Positions 46,947 through 54,008 of a stretch of DNA of 64,000 nt are shown here, in pieces; positions within the stretch are counted from its first letter, which is position 1; each line of letters begins with the position of its first letter. The DNA comes from a virus: the IMG/VR virus record IMGVR_UViG_3300018877_000002; one strand, given 5' to 3'. The notes beneath the pieces are model-generated. The model was not told the origin of the DNA and searched no databases. It saw nothing but the letters and a program-made list of their open reading frames with translations. The translations under genes and the position numbers were made by a program.

Positions 46947-48422
46947 CTATTTGGCTCTGTTTGGATTTTTCTGATTATCCCTTGTTTTTTCCCCTTCGCC
47001 TGAGAGTTTTTCTGTTTTCTTCTCTGGTCTGCCTCCTTCGTTTGTTTGTGTATGAGAGCTTACCAAAGGAATCATTTTGTCATCAAGCCCTAAAATGTCA
47101 TGCTCTAATGTTAACATATTAACCATATCATTTGGCGACATCCCAAGGCTTGCCGCAACAAGCAATCTAGAAAATCCAAATTGAGCGGCTTTTAGATACT
47201 TCTCAAATTCATCATCTCTATTGTAGATTGTCAAGTTAGGAAAAATTACTTTGAAACGATATTTGCCGCCTACAGTTTTAATTTTTTTATTAACCCAACG
47301 TTCAATCTGCCTCAAAAGAGCAAACATCATACTTTCATCAGCTTTAATAGAAAATGTCAAACCGACAGCGCCCATTTTTTCTGAATTAAACAAAGACTCT
47401 GATACACCAGCACTACGCATATAACTAGTGTAAGCTTCCGCGACTGCATCAGAAGATGTAGCTGAATCTTTATCAAAGCTTACAGGCTCAATATCCATTG
47501 GAGATGTAAGAATACCTATTTCATCTGGTAAAACTTGGGCAATTCGATTGTGAAAATGCATAACAGACTTCAGTGTTATTGCAAAGTCATCATTATCAGT
47601 GCTATCTTGACGAACTGGTATTTTCTGAACCAAAAATTTGTAATTGCCAAGTTTCTCTCTTGCTTTTCTTAGTTGCTTAAACTCTTGAAGATCAATTAAA
47701 TCCTCAAATGTGCCACCAAAAACAGGAACTGGAAATGGAAAATCTTCATTCACCTTAAAGCATACTGTGTTTTTAGAATCTAATTCTTGCCATCTCATTT
47801 TCGTCCTATCTTTAAGATAGGCGTTATATTTAGATTTGAATTCCGATGGAAAAATTTCAAGCTTTTCAGGGTTTCTGTCAAAGAAAGAAAAGTCGAATGC
47901 ATAATTGTAAATGCCATCTTCTATGGAAGAGATCATACAATAGTCAGCATCCATCTTTTGGATGAAGTAAGAATCCTTGCCCATATGCTCGTATCCATAG
48001 AAAACATCTTCTCGAATAGCAACAGTTACAGCCTTTAGCATTTCGTGCTTTAAGTTCATCACCTCTAAAAGATTAAGAACTTTCTTGTAAGCTGTAGTGG
48101 CTGTCTTAATGTTGATTTTTTCTAAATTTCCACCTTCATATGGTAGGCAAATATAATCAAAAGTAAGCATACTAGAAAAGTAGCTGACAAGTCGCCTATA
48201 GTGTGAATTTGAGAAGTAAAGACCAATCGACACATTTCTTAGTTCTTTGCTAAACAGCATTGGATCATTTAGGTATTTTCTAATATCTTCTTTAGAGTAT
48301 TTATTTGATACTACTTTATTCTTTAACATAGAAGAAGAATCGCTAACTGTCCCAAGTAACATTTTAGACAAAGATGCAAAGTCGATTAAAACTGATCTTC
48401 GTTCTACAGTATTATCACTCAT
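46947..48422 (-). CDS. portal protein
   Basis: 491 aa, directly downstream of the large terminase. Confidence 0.7.
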   Translation of the reverse strand: MSDNTVERRSVLIDFASLSKMLLGTVSDSSSMLKNKVVSNKYSKEDIRKYLNDPMLFSKELRNVSIGLYFSNSHYRRLVSYFSSMLTFDYICLPYEGGNLEKINIKTATTAYKKVLNLLEVMNLKHEMLKAVTVAIREDVFYGYEHMGKDSYFIQKMDADYCMISSIEDGIYNYAFDFSFFDRNPEKLEIFPSEFKSKYNAYLKDRTKMRWQELDSKNTVCFKVNEDFPFPVPVFGGTFEDLIDLQEFKQLRKAREKLGNYKFLVQKIPVRQDSTDNDDFAITLKSVMHFHNRIAQVLPDEIGILTSPMDIEPVSFDKDSATSSDAVAEAYTSYMRSAGVSESLFNSEKMGAVGLTFSIKADESMMFALLRQIERWVNKKIKTVGGKYRFKVIFPNLTIYNRDDEFEKYLKAAQFGFSRLLVAASLGMSPNDMVNMLTLEHDILGLDDKMIPLVSSHTQTNEGGRPEKKTEKLSGEGEKTRDNQKNPNRAK

Positions 48423-48440
48423 ATTTACTCACCACCTTTT

Positions 48441-50207
48441 CTAGTATCCTTTTGGACTTCTGAACATCAAGAATTCACTAATCTCCTCAATGGATTCACG
48501 CTTCTTAATGTTTTTGTCCTCCAACCCTTTTAAATACCATAAGCCGTATTCTAGAGCAGAAAATTTATCTTTTTGAATTTTACGATTAATTCTTTTTAAT
48601 TGTACATTCTTATTATCCTCGTTTTGTTGCTGAAGATTTAACATCTCTTCTTTTAAAACAGAAGTATGAATGAATGGAGCTAACCATTCTGCAATCTCAT
48701 CTGCTGGCATCTCCCTACCTTTTTTGGTTGCAAGAAGTTTTGCCTTCGCTGTCATTTCATCAACAAGAAATTTAACTCTGCCAGAACTAATTTGTGATAA
48801 GCAATTAATATGTATTGACGAACTATTCCCTACTGTGGCTTTAACATTAAACAACAGAGGTAAAGAATCCCTCGTCTTAAATTGTGTATAATGTCCTTCC
48901 TCATCATTTGTTACAGAGTATGGCGGGAATATTTCGCCAGTAGCATCATCTACGTTCTCCTTGACTAGATAGTCAACAAGTCCTACGCCAGCTCCATTTG
49001 CATCAACGATCAGTTGTCTCGCGGAGTATTGCTGTACAATCTTTTTTAGTTTAATTGATTGAATTTCAAAGTGCGTACCATGAAATATATACATATTAAC
49101 TATTTCTTTATGAAAAACTCCGTTAGCTCTAGGAGTAACCTTGATAATTAACGCCGCTGTATCTGCATTTTGCTTACCTTGAACACGCGCAACGTCTGCC
49201 GATACAATATACCATGATTTGCCTTTTTTGTCAGGCTCCCATTCAGGATTAATAAGAGTTCTATGTTTATCAATCAAATCTGCATTAAAGAAAGCATCCT
49301 CGCTCGTGCCACTCCAAATGCTATCGTACTCTCTTGCAAAGGATAACTCGTTATAAGTACCATCCTCTTTTAGTTCTTCTACAAAGTTTTCGTCAAGCAG
49401 TTTATGCATGACTGGAATTCTCCAATCGCCACCAAATACAAAAGAATTATCTTTCAGAACCATCCACACAAGAAGTTGTACCATCTTCTGATAAGCAAAT
49501 GTGTTCTTGTACCCTGCTGTTGTGACGTAGATTTGAGCTTTATGTTGCTCATGTGGGTCTACATCACCACATTTAGCACGTCTATCAACGTTCATCAGTG
49601 GCAGGATAACCTCAGATAGCTTTTGACCATCAATTAGAATAACTTCCTCCATCAATCCTGCATGTCTACGACCACCACGTGTACTGTTTTGAACAGCAAC
49701 AATGTCAAGCTTACTACCATTCTGGAACACAAGCTTAGCGTAGTCCTTTGAAAATTGATGATACTTAATCTCTCTTTGTAGAATTGGGAATAAGTCCCAA
49801 AGTTCTTCGATCTTTTCTTTCGCAATGTTAGCGGCTTGCTCTTTACCGCCAGAGCAAACGAAAAGCTTGATATTAGGATAAAAAATACACTTTAAATAAA
49901 GAATAAGAATACTCAGAAAGCTCTTCGAAAATGCCCTTGTAAATGTAGCATACATATATCTATGCCTCATTGCCGCCCTCAGGAACACACGCTGATAGAA
50001 GAACAATTTAAATTTGCTATCAGTTGGGGTAATCATATCAATAAAGATATCAGGATACTCACGGAAGAAGCTTGCATATTGCAAGAAGGTTGGCTTTACT
50101 TTTTCGAATTTAGAAAGTTTTTCATCTTCTTTTTCAAAACTGTTGCCAGCAGGATTGTAAATGTCTTTAGTATTCTTGTATTTAGCATTATCATTCTGGA
50201 ACGCCAT
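48441..50207 (-). CDS. terL: terminase large subunit
   Basis: 588 aa with an N-terminal ATPase region and a C-terminal nuclease-like region. Position supports the call. Confidence 0.75.
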   Translation of the reverse strand: MAFQNDNAKYKNTKDIYNPAGNSFEKEDEKLSKFEKVKPTFLQYASFFREYPDIFIDMITPTDSKFKLFFYQRVFLRAAMRHRYMYATFTRAFSKSFLSILILYLKCIFYPNIKLFVCSGGKEQAANIAKEKIEELWDLFPILQREIKYHQFSKDYAKLVFQNGSKLDIVAVQNSTRGGRRHAGLMEEVILIDGQKLSEVILPLMNVDRRAKCGDVDPHEQHKAQIYVTTAGYKNTFAYQKMVQLLVWMVLKDNSFVFGGDWRIPVMHKLLDENFVEELKEDGTYNELSFAREYDSIWSGTSEDAFFNADLIDKHRTLINPEWEPDKKGKSWYIVSADVARVQGKQNADTAALIIKVTPRANGVFHKEIVNMYIFHGTHFEIQSIKLKKIVQQYSARQLIVDANGAGVGLVDYLVKENVDDATGEIFPPYSVTNDEEGHYTQFKTRDSLPLLFNVKATVGNSSSIHINCLSQISSGRVKFLVDEMTAKAKLLATKKGREMPADEIAEWLAPFIHTSVLKEEMLNLQQQNEDNKNVQLKRINRKIQKDKFSALEYGLWYLKGLEDKNIKKRESIEEISEFLMFRSPKGY

Positions 50208-51132
50208 CTAGACCATCTCCAATATCCCAATATCCTTCTTCTTCTTCAATTTCAATCTCTTTAATCTCTTCTTCTACTTGTTCTCCTGCGCTCATTTTCT
50301 TTAATGTTTCATCTACAATTTTACCAATGTTAGGGTCGCCTAAAACAAGGTTTCGTGTCCAATTCTTGATGTTAGCAAGAGTATTGTCTACAATATCTTG
50401 TGGCTCATCCATATGATACTTCGGAATGAAACCTTCTTTCTCCATATATTCATAAAACTCAGAAAAAGTATTAAGGCCGCCTGTACGATCAGCCGCTGTT
50501 CTTTGAACAGCAGTAAACTTTGCCGACTTCATCAGGTCGTCATAGTTTTTGGATAGCTTTGCATAACTTGTAATATCATTTACTTCTAAAGCTCTATCCA
50601 TTTGCAAGGAAGTCTTACAAATCTTCTTTAAATAGTCCATGTGGGCGGCTGTTTCAATCGTGTAGTCTCTACACATGCTGTCGTAGAAATCTTCCAATCT
50701 TTCATACTCATCCACACTGTAATTCTTGCCCCATTTGCGGACAATATCTGGAGTAACTTTAAATTCAGTATCAAAATCATAAACCTGTGTGTTCGCTACT
50801 TTAGGCTCATCTCTTACATCTCCATCTTTCCAAGTCATAGACTTGTACTGAGGGAGAGAATTAATTTGTCTAAAGTAATTCCCAACTGGATTAGCACCAA
50901 TAGAACATTGACTCCAAACAGCATCTACAAATGGCTTGTCAATCTGCATTAGGACTGCTTTAAGAGTGCCTACATCATCTTCATTAACTAAACTAGTAAT
51001 ACATGTTTTGCAAAGGGGGACTTTACCATCTTTGAACATGATACTATTCGAATTATAGTAAGAAGACATAACCTGATCTTTTCCGCAGTTAACGCATACT
51101 TTTTTAGGTTGCTTAGCTGGTCTTCCTGCCAT
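50191..51132 (-). CDS. putative terminase small subunit with N-terminal zinc ribbon
   Basis: CVNCGK...CKTC. First gene of the packaging operon. Confidence 0.4.
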   Translation of the reverse strand: MAGRPAKQPKKVCVNCGKDQVMSSYYNSNSIMFKDGKVPLCKTCITSLVNEDDVGTLKAVLMQIDKPFVDAVWSQCSIGANPVGNYFRQINSLPQYKSMTWKDGDVRDEPKVANTQVYDFDTEFKVTPDIVRKWGKNYSVDEYERLEDFYDSMCRDYTIETAAHMDYLKKICKTSLQMDRALEVNDITSYAKLSKNYDDLMKSAKFTAVQRTAADRTGGLNTFSEFYEYMEKEGFIPKYHMDEPQDIVDNTLANIKNWTRNLVLGDPNIGKIVDETLKKMSAGEQVEEEIKEIEIEEEEGYWDIGDGLDGVPE

Positions 51133-51182
51133 TTGACAAGCACCTCCTTTGATTCATCATATTAATAGTAAAATACAAAAAA

Positions 51183-51228
51183 CCCTACCACAATTAGAAA
51201 CTTTCGTTCAATGTGTGGTAAGGTTTTT
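51183..51228. terminator. bidirectional terminator ending the tRNA array
   Basis: CCCTACCACA / TGTGGTAAGG stem flanked by A6 and T5. Confidence 0.6.
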
Positions 51229-51233
51229 AACTA

Positions 51234-51309
51234 TGGTGCTGGAGACAAGACTTGAACTCGCAACCTTTCGCTTACAAGGCGACTGCACTGCCAATTGTGC
51301 TACTCCAGC
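51234..51309 (-). tRNA. tRNA-Thr (UGU)
   Basis: Hand fold: acceptor GCTGGAG/CTCCAGC, A73, encoded CCA. Anticodon loop CTTGTAA. Confidence 0.75.
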
Positions 51310-51312
51310 ATA

Positions 51313-51401
51313 TGGTATGGGCAGTAGGATTCGAACCTACGAGGGCTTGCGCCACTTGCGTCCAAAGCAAGACCGCTACCAAGCTACGGAACTATACCCA
51401 T
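51313..51401 (-). tRNA. atypical 89-nt tRNA with a long variable arm; anticodon loop TTTGGAC (UGG)
   Basis: T arm GTAGG-TTCGAAT-CCTAC. Acceptor ATGGGTA/TGCCCAT. Variable arm GGC-GCAA-GCC. Five nt lie between the acceptor and D stem instead of 2. Confidence 0.55.
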
Positions 51402-51402
51402 A

Positions 51403-51478
51403 TGGTTGCGCGAGGTTGGAATCGAACCAACTATTTCCTGATAATGAGTCAGGCGACTTACCATTTGTCCTCTCCGCA
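51403..51478 (-). tRNA. tRNA-Met/Ile2-type (CAU) with a bulged acceptor stem
   Basis: Anticodon arm CCTGA-CTCATTA-TCAGG. T arm GTTGG-TTCGATT-CCAAC. Acceptor TGCGGAG pairs with CTC(G)CGCA only if one G is bulged. Confidence 0.6.
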
Positions 51479-51673
51479 ATAATTAACTAGGCACAGCAAT
51501 TTAAAAGTGTGAAGCAAACAACATTCATCAATGTAAGTTAATAATTTTATCCTTTAGATAATTGTAGGTTGCTGTATGTGCCTAAATTCTAGACGCGCCA
51601 ATCATTTTAATATTAATCACCAATTATTTGAATAGCGTAAGATTTATGATTTGCTGTAAGCGTCTAAAAAGGT

Positions 51674-51751
51674 TGGTGGGCGATAGGAGAGTCGAACTCC
51701 TAAAACTCGCGGTCTAAACGCGATACGTATGCCAAATTCCGTCAACCGCCC
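51674..51751 (-). tRNA. class I (short variable arm) tRNA with anticodon UAG
   Basis: Acceptor GGGCGGT/ATCGCCC, A73, CCA. Anticodon arm TCGCG-TTTAGAC-CGCGA. Variable region is only GTTTT. Confidence 0.6.
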
Positions 51752-52269
51752 TTGTTATTTTTTCCTGCATAGGTATCAGTTTGACTATGACAATTAGGAC
51801 ATAAAAACCTAAGATTCTCAAGTCTATTATCATTATTGATTCCATTTGCATGATCTAACTGTAAAGACAATGGCTTTCCATTCCATTCTCCAGTATTACC
51901 GCAATCGTTGCATTTGTAATCCATAACTCCCTCTGATACGAGTCTCTTTTTAAGAGTAGCAATATTAACATACGATGAATTTTCTATGAGAATTTCCTCT
52001 AGAGTGTATCTGATATTATTAGATACAGATTTTTTCTTATTTGCATTAAAATGGGAAATGTCAATTCCATCTTCTTCAATTCGCTTCTTGAAACAATCTC
52101 TCGTATGTTTAGCTCTAGGATTGGTATAGCCAATATTTCTGATAGCATCTGTTATAGAGAAGCTACTTTTCACTATCTCTCTTAATTCATCAGTTGAAAT
52201 TGAGAGTATAATTGATTTATTTGCTATATTATCACATCCTTCGGATTTTGGGGTGATGCAGGGAATCAA
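51742..52269 (-). CDS. HNH homing endonuclease nested in the tRNA array
   Basis: CNDCGNTGEW...LQLDHANGINNDNRLENLRFLCPNCH is an HNH motif. The start is uncertain because the TTG at 52269 lies inside the T loop of tRNA-His. Confidence 0.75.
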   Translation of the reverse strand: MIPCITPKSEGCDNIANKSIILSISTDELREIVKSSFSITDAIRNIGYTNPRAKHTRDCFKKRIEEDGIDISHFNANKKKSVSNNIRYTLEEILIENSSYVNIATLKKRLVSEGVMDYKCNDCGNTGEWNGKPLSLQLDHANGINNDNRLENLRFLCPNCHSQTDTYAGKNNKGG

Positions 52270-52322
52270 ACCCTAGTCTTCTGATTCACAGTCAGACGTG
52301 TTATCACTACACCATCATCACC
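52251..52322 (-). tRNA. tRNA-His (GUG), CCA not encoded
   Basis: Acceptor GGTGATG/CATCACC, C73. Anticodon arm TCTGA-CTGTGAA-TCAGA. No encoded G-1. Confidence 0.75.
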
Positions 52323-52327
52323 ATACT

Positions 52328-52402
52328 TGGCAACAGGTCAGAGAATCGAACTCTGTCTACAGGGGTCAAAGTCCTGTGTGCTTGCCTTTACACTAACCTG
52401 CA
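52328..52402 (-). tRNA. tRNA-Gln (UUG)
   Basis: U1 start, G73, CCA. Anticodon loop CTTTGAC. T arm CAGAG-TTCGATT-CTCTG. Confidence 0.7.
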
Positions 52403-52513
52403 ATATGGGAGTTTTGCTACAATGTAGCCTTTTGAATGACTTAAACTCCAAAAGCCATTGTGTCATTTGTTTTTTTAAAAGGTTCTCTTAACGACAGCTA
52501 AATTCTCCTTTTT

Positions 52514-52590
52514 TGGTGACGTGTAAGGGGTTCGAACCCTTGAATAGTAGATAGAAAGTCTACTGGCTTAGACCACTTGCCGAACACGCC
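52514..52590 (-). tRNA. tRNA-Glu (UUC)
   Basis: Acceptor GGCGTGT/ACACGTC. Anticodon arm GTAGA-CTTTCTA-TCTAC. Confidence 0.7.
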
Positions 52591-52593
52591 ATA

Positions 52594-52669
52594 TGGCTAC
52601 AGGAGCGGGATTCGAACCCACGACCACGTGATTAACAGTCACGCGCTCTACCTGCTGAGCTACCCTGTA
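52594..52669 (-). tRNA. tRNA-Asn (GUU)
   Basis: Canonical cloverleaf. D arm GCTC-AGCAGGTA-GAGC. Anticodon loop CTGTTAA. G73, CCA. Confidence 0.85.
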
Positions 52670-52733
52670 ATGTTGAGGCTATTTACACTTCTATCTAGCT
52701 AATGCGCACTCGCTGTATGATGTAAATAGCTTT

Positions 52734-52808
52734 TGGTGGTTCCTAATGGATTCGAACCATTGACCGCACGATTATCAGTCGTGTACTCTACCTCTGAGTT
52801 AAAGAACC
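52734..52808 (-). tRNA. tRNA-Ile (GAU)
   Basis: Canonical cloverleaf. Anticodon arm CACGA-CTGATAA-TCGTG. Confidence 0.85.
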
Positions 52809-52810
52809 AT

Positions 52811-52884
52811 TGGCGGCTTATACGAGGCTCGAACTCGTTACTCTCGCGTGACAGGCGAGTATGTTACCCATATACCAATAAGCC
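52811..52884 (-). tRNA. tRNA-Asp (GUC)
   Basis: Acceptor GGCTTAT/ATAAGCC, G73. Anticodon arm CTCGC-CTGTCAC-GCGAG. Confidence 0.85.
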
Positions 52885-52908
52885 ATTATTTGTTAACCTC
52901 TTGACTAT

Positions 52909-52937
52909 ATATTACCATATCTCGGTCTAATTGTCAA
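52909..52937 (-). promoter_or_regulatory. internal sigma-A promoter of the tRNA array (P2)
   Basis: Minus strand reads TTGACA, 17 nt, TAATAT. Confidence 0.6.
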
Positions 52938-52965
52938 CATGTTAACTAAAATTTTTCGAGATTTG

Positions 52966-53040
52966 TGGTGGCTCCCATTGGTAACGATCCAATCTCCTTC
53001 GCTTTTCAGGCGAATGCTAATCCATCTCAGCTAGAGAGCC
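52966..53040 (-). tRNA. tRNA-Phe (GAA) with a non-canonical T loop
   Basis: Anticodon arm TTCGC-CTGAAAA-GCGAA. The T loop is ATCGTTA instead of TTCGAAT. Confidence 0.75.
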
Positions 53041-53044
53041 ATAA

Positions 53045-53117
53045 ACCACATTGATGGAATCGAACCATCAGCTAGAGCTACCATCGACTTTTGCTCTGTT
53101 GCCTGAGCCAGATGTGG
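53045..53117 (-). pseudogene. tRNA-like element / probable pseudo-tRNA
   Basis: Good acceptor (CCACATC/AATGTGG), D arm (GCTC-AGGCAACA-GAGC) and T arm (GATGG-TTCGATT-CCATC). No anticodon stem can be paired. No CCA. Confidence 0.45.
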
Positions 53118-53121
53118 TTAT

Positions 53122-53197
53122 TGGTGGAGCGTAGCGGACTCGAACCGCTCACCTTTGCAGTGCAAATGCAACGTTCTACCAGATGAACTAACGCCCC
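53122..53197 (-). tRNA. tRNA-Ala (UGC)
   Basis: Canonical cloverleaf with the G3:U70 pair. Anticodon arm TTGCA-TTTGCAC-TGCAA. Confidence 0.85.
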
Positions 53198-53275
53198 ATT
53201 TATCAGTGTCAGGTGGGAGGATGCTAAACACCATGTCCCTCACTTCGAGTATTTGACACTGAGTATGGTTGAGCA

Positions 53276-53350
53276 TGGTTGAGCATGAGGGAATTGAACC
53301 CCCGCCTCCAACTTGTAAGGATGGCGTACTCCCATTATACAGAATGCTCA
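53276..53350 (-). tRNA. tRNA-Val (UAC)
   Basis: Acceptor TGAGCAT/ATGCTCA. Anticodon loop CTTACAA. One T:T mismatch in the anticodon stem. Confidence 0.65.
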
Positions 53351-53355
53351 ATAAT

Positions 53356-53440
53356 TGGTGGGTGAGGAGGGATTCGAACCCCCTAAGCCTAAGCAATGGA
53401 TTTACAGTCCACCGTAACTCGCCATCGTTACCGCTCACCC
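53356..53440 (-). tRNA. tRNA-Tyr (GUA), class II
   Basis: Acceptor GGGTGAG/CTCACCC. Anticodon arm GTGGA-CTGTAAA-TCCAT. Long variable arm. Confidence 0.85.
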
Positions 53441-53527
53441 AAGTCAGGGTATTGCTACCAACAATACCCTGAAAATCTAAATAAGAAATCCAACAATTAA
53501 GGTGTGGTTCAAGCACCTCTTGACTAT

Positions 53528-53556
53528 AATATATCATACATGATACATATTGTCAA
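53528..53556 (-). promoter_or_regulatory. sigma-A promoter of the tRNA array (P1)
   Basis: Minus strand reads TTGACA, 17 nt, TATATT. Confidence 0.65.
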
Positions 53557-53573
53557 TACCTAAACTAAAAAAT

Positions 53574-53786
53574 CTACTTCATGGTTTCAACAAATTCAAA
53601 ATAACAAGCATACACTGCAATAGGGGCAGTATGTTTTTTATGGATCACATAATAAGCTTCCTTGTCCTTCCCAACAAAGGAGGCAACAAGATTAAATTGT
53701 TCTCCTTTTTTAAAGGAGAAATCATGACCATCAATTAAAACCATGCCAAAATCTTTTATGACTTCTACCTTAGTATTGTTCATCAA
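53574..53786 (-). CDS. hypothetical protein
   Basis: Open frame. Confidence 0.45.
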   Translation of the reverse strand: MMNNTKVEVIKDFGMVLIDGHDFSFKKGEQFNLVASFVGKDKEAYYVIHKKHTAPIAVYACYFEFVETMK

Positions 53787-53799
53787 TTTTCGCTCACCC

Positions 53800-53988
53800 C
53801 TATTCTATCGAATCTGGCTCAGTATCTTCTCCAATAGAGATCGAAATTGTTGAGCCATTCAATGATGCAAGGACTTCTCTCAGGTTGTATACACCTTTAA
53901 CGTTCCCATCTTTATCGTACTCAGTGATGGTTTCTGTTGCATCATCGTATTCACCTTTGAACGCCCATTTCTGACTATATTTAGCCAT
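53800..53988 (-). CDS. hypothetical protein
   Basis: Open frame. Confidence 0.45.
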   Translation of the reverse strand: MAKYSQKWAFKGEYDDATETITEYDKDGNVKGVYNLREVLASLNGSTISISIGEDTEPDSIE

Positions 53989-54008
53989 TCACAATCACCA
54001 CTTTCATC

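Noticed and set aside
53266-53286. The 10-nt tandem duplication at the tRNA-Val 3' end read as a phage attachment core
   Set aside because: It is too short, and the two copies are directly adjacent rather than flanking an insert. It is kept only as a low-interest observation.
51149-53537. Tracked ORFs 51149-51490, 51252-51482, 52733-52930, 53118-53537 and 53269-53472
   Set aside because: They run through or antisense to the tRNA genes. The open frames come from stop-poor, GC-rich tRNA sequence.
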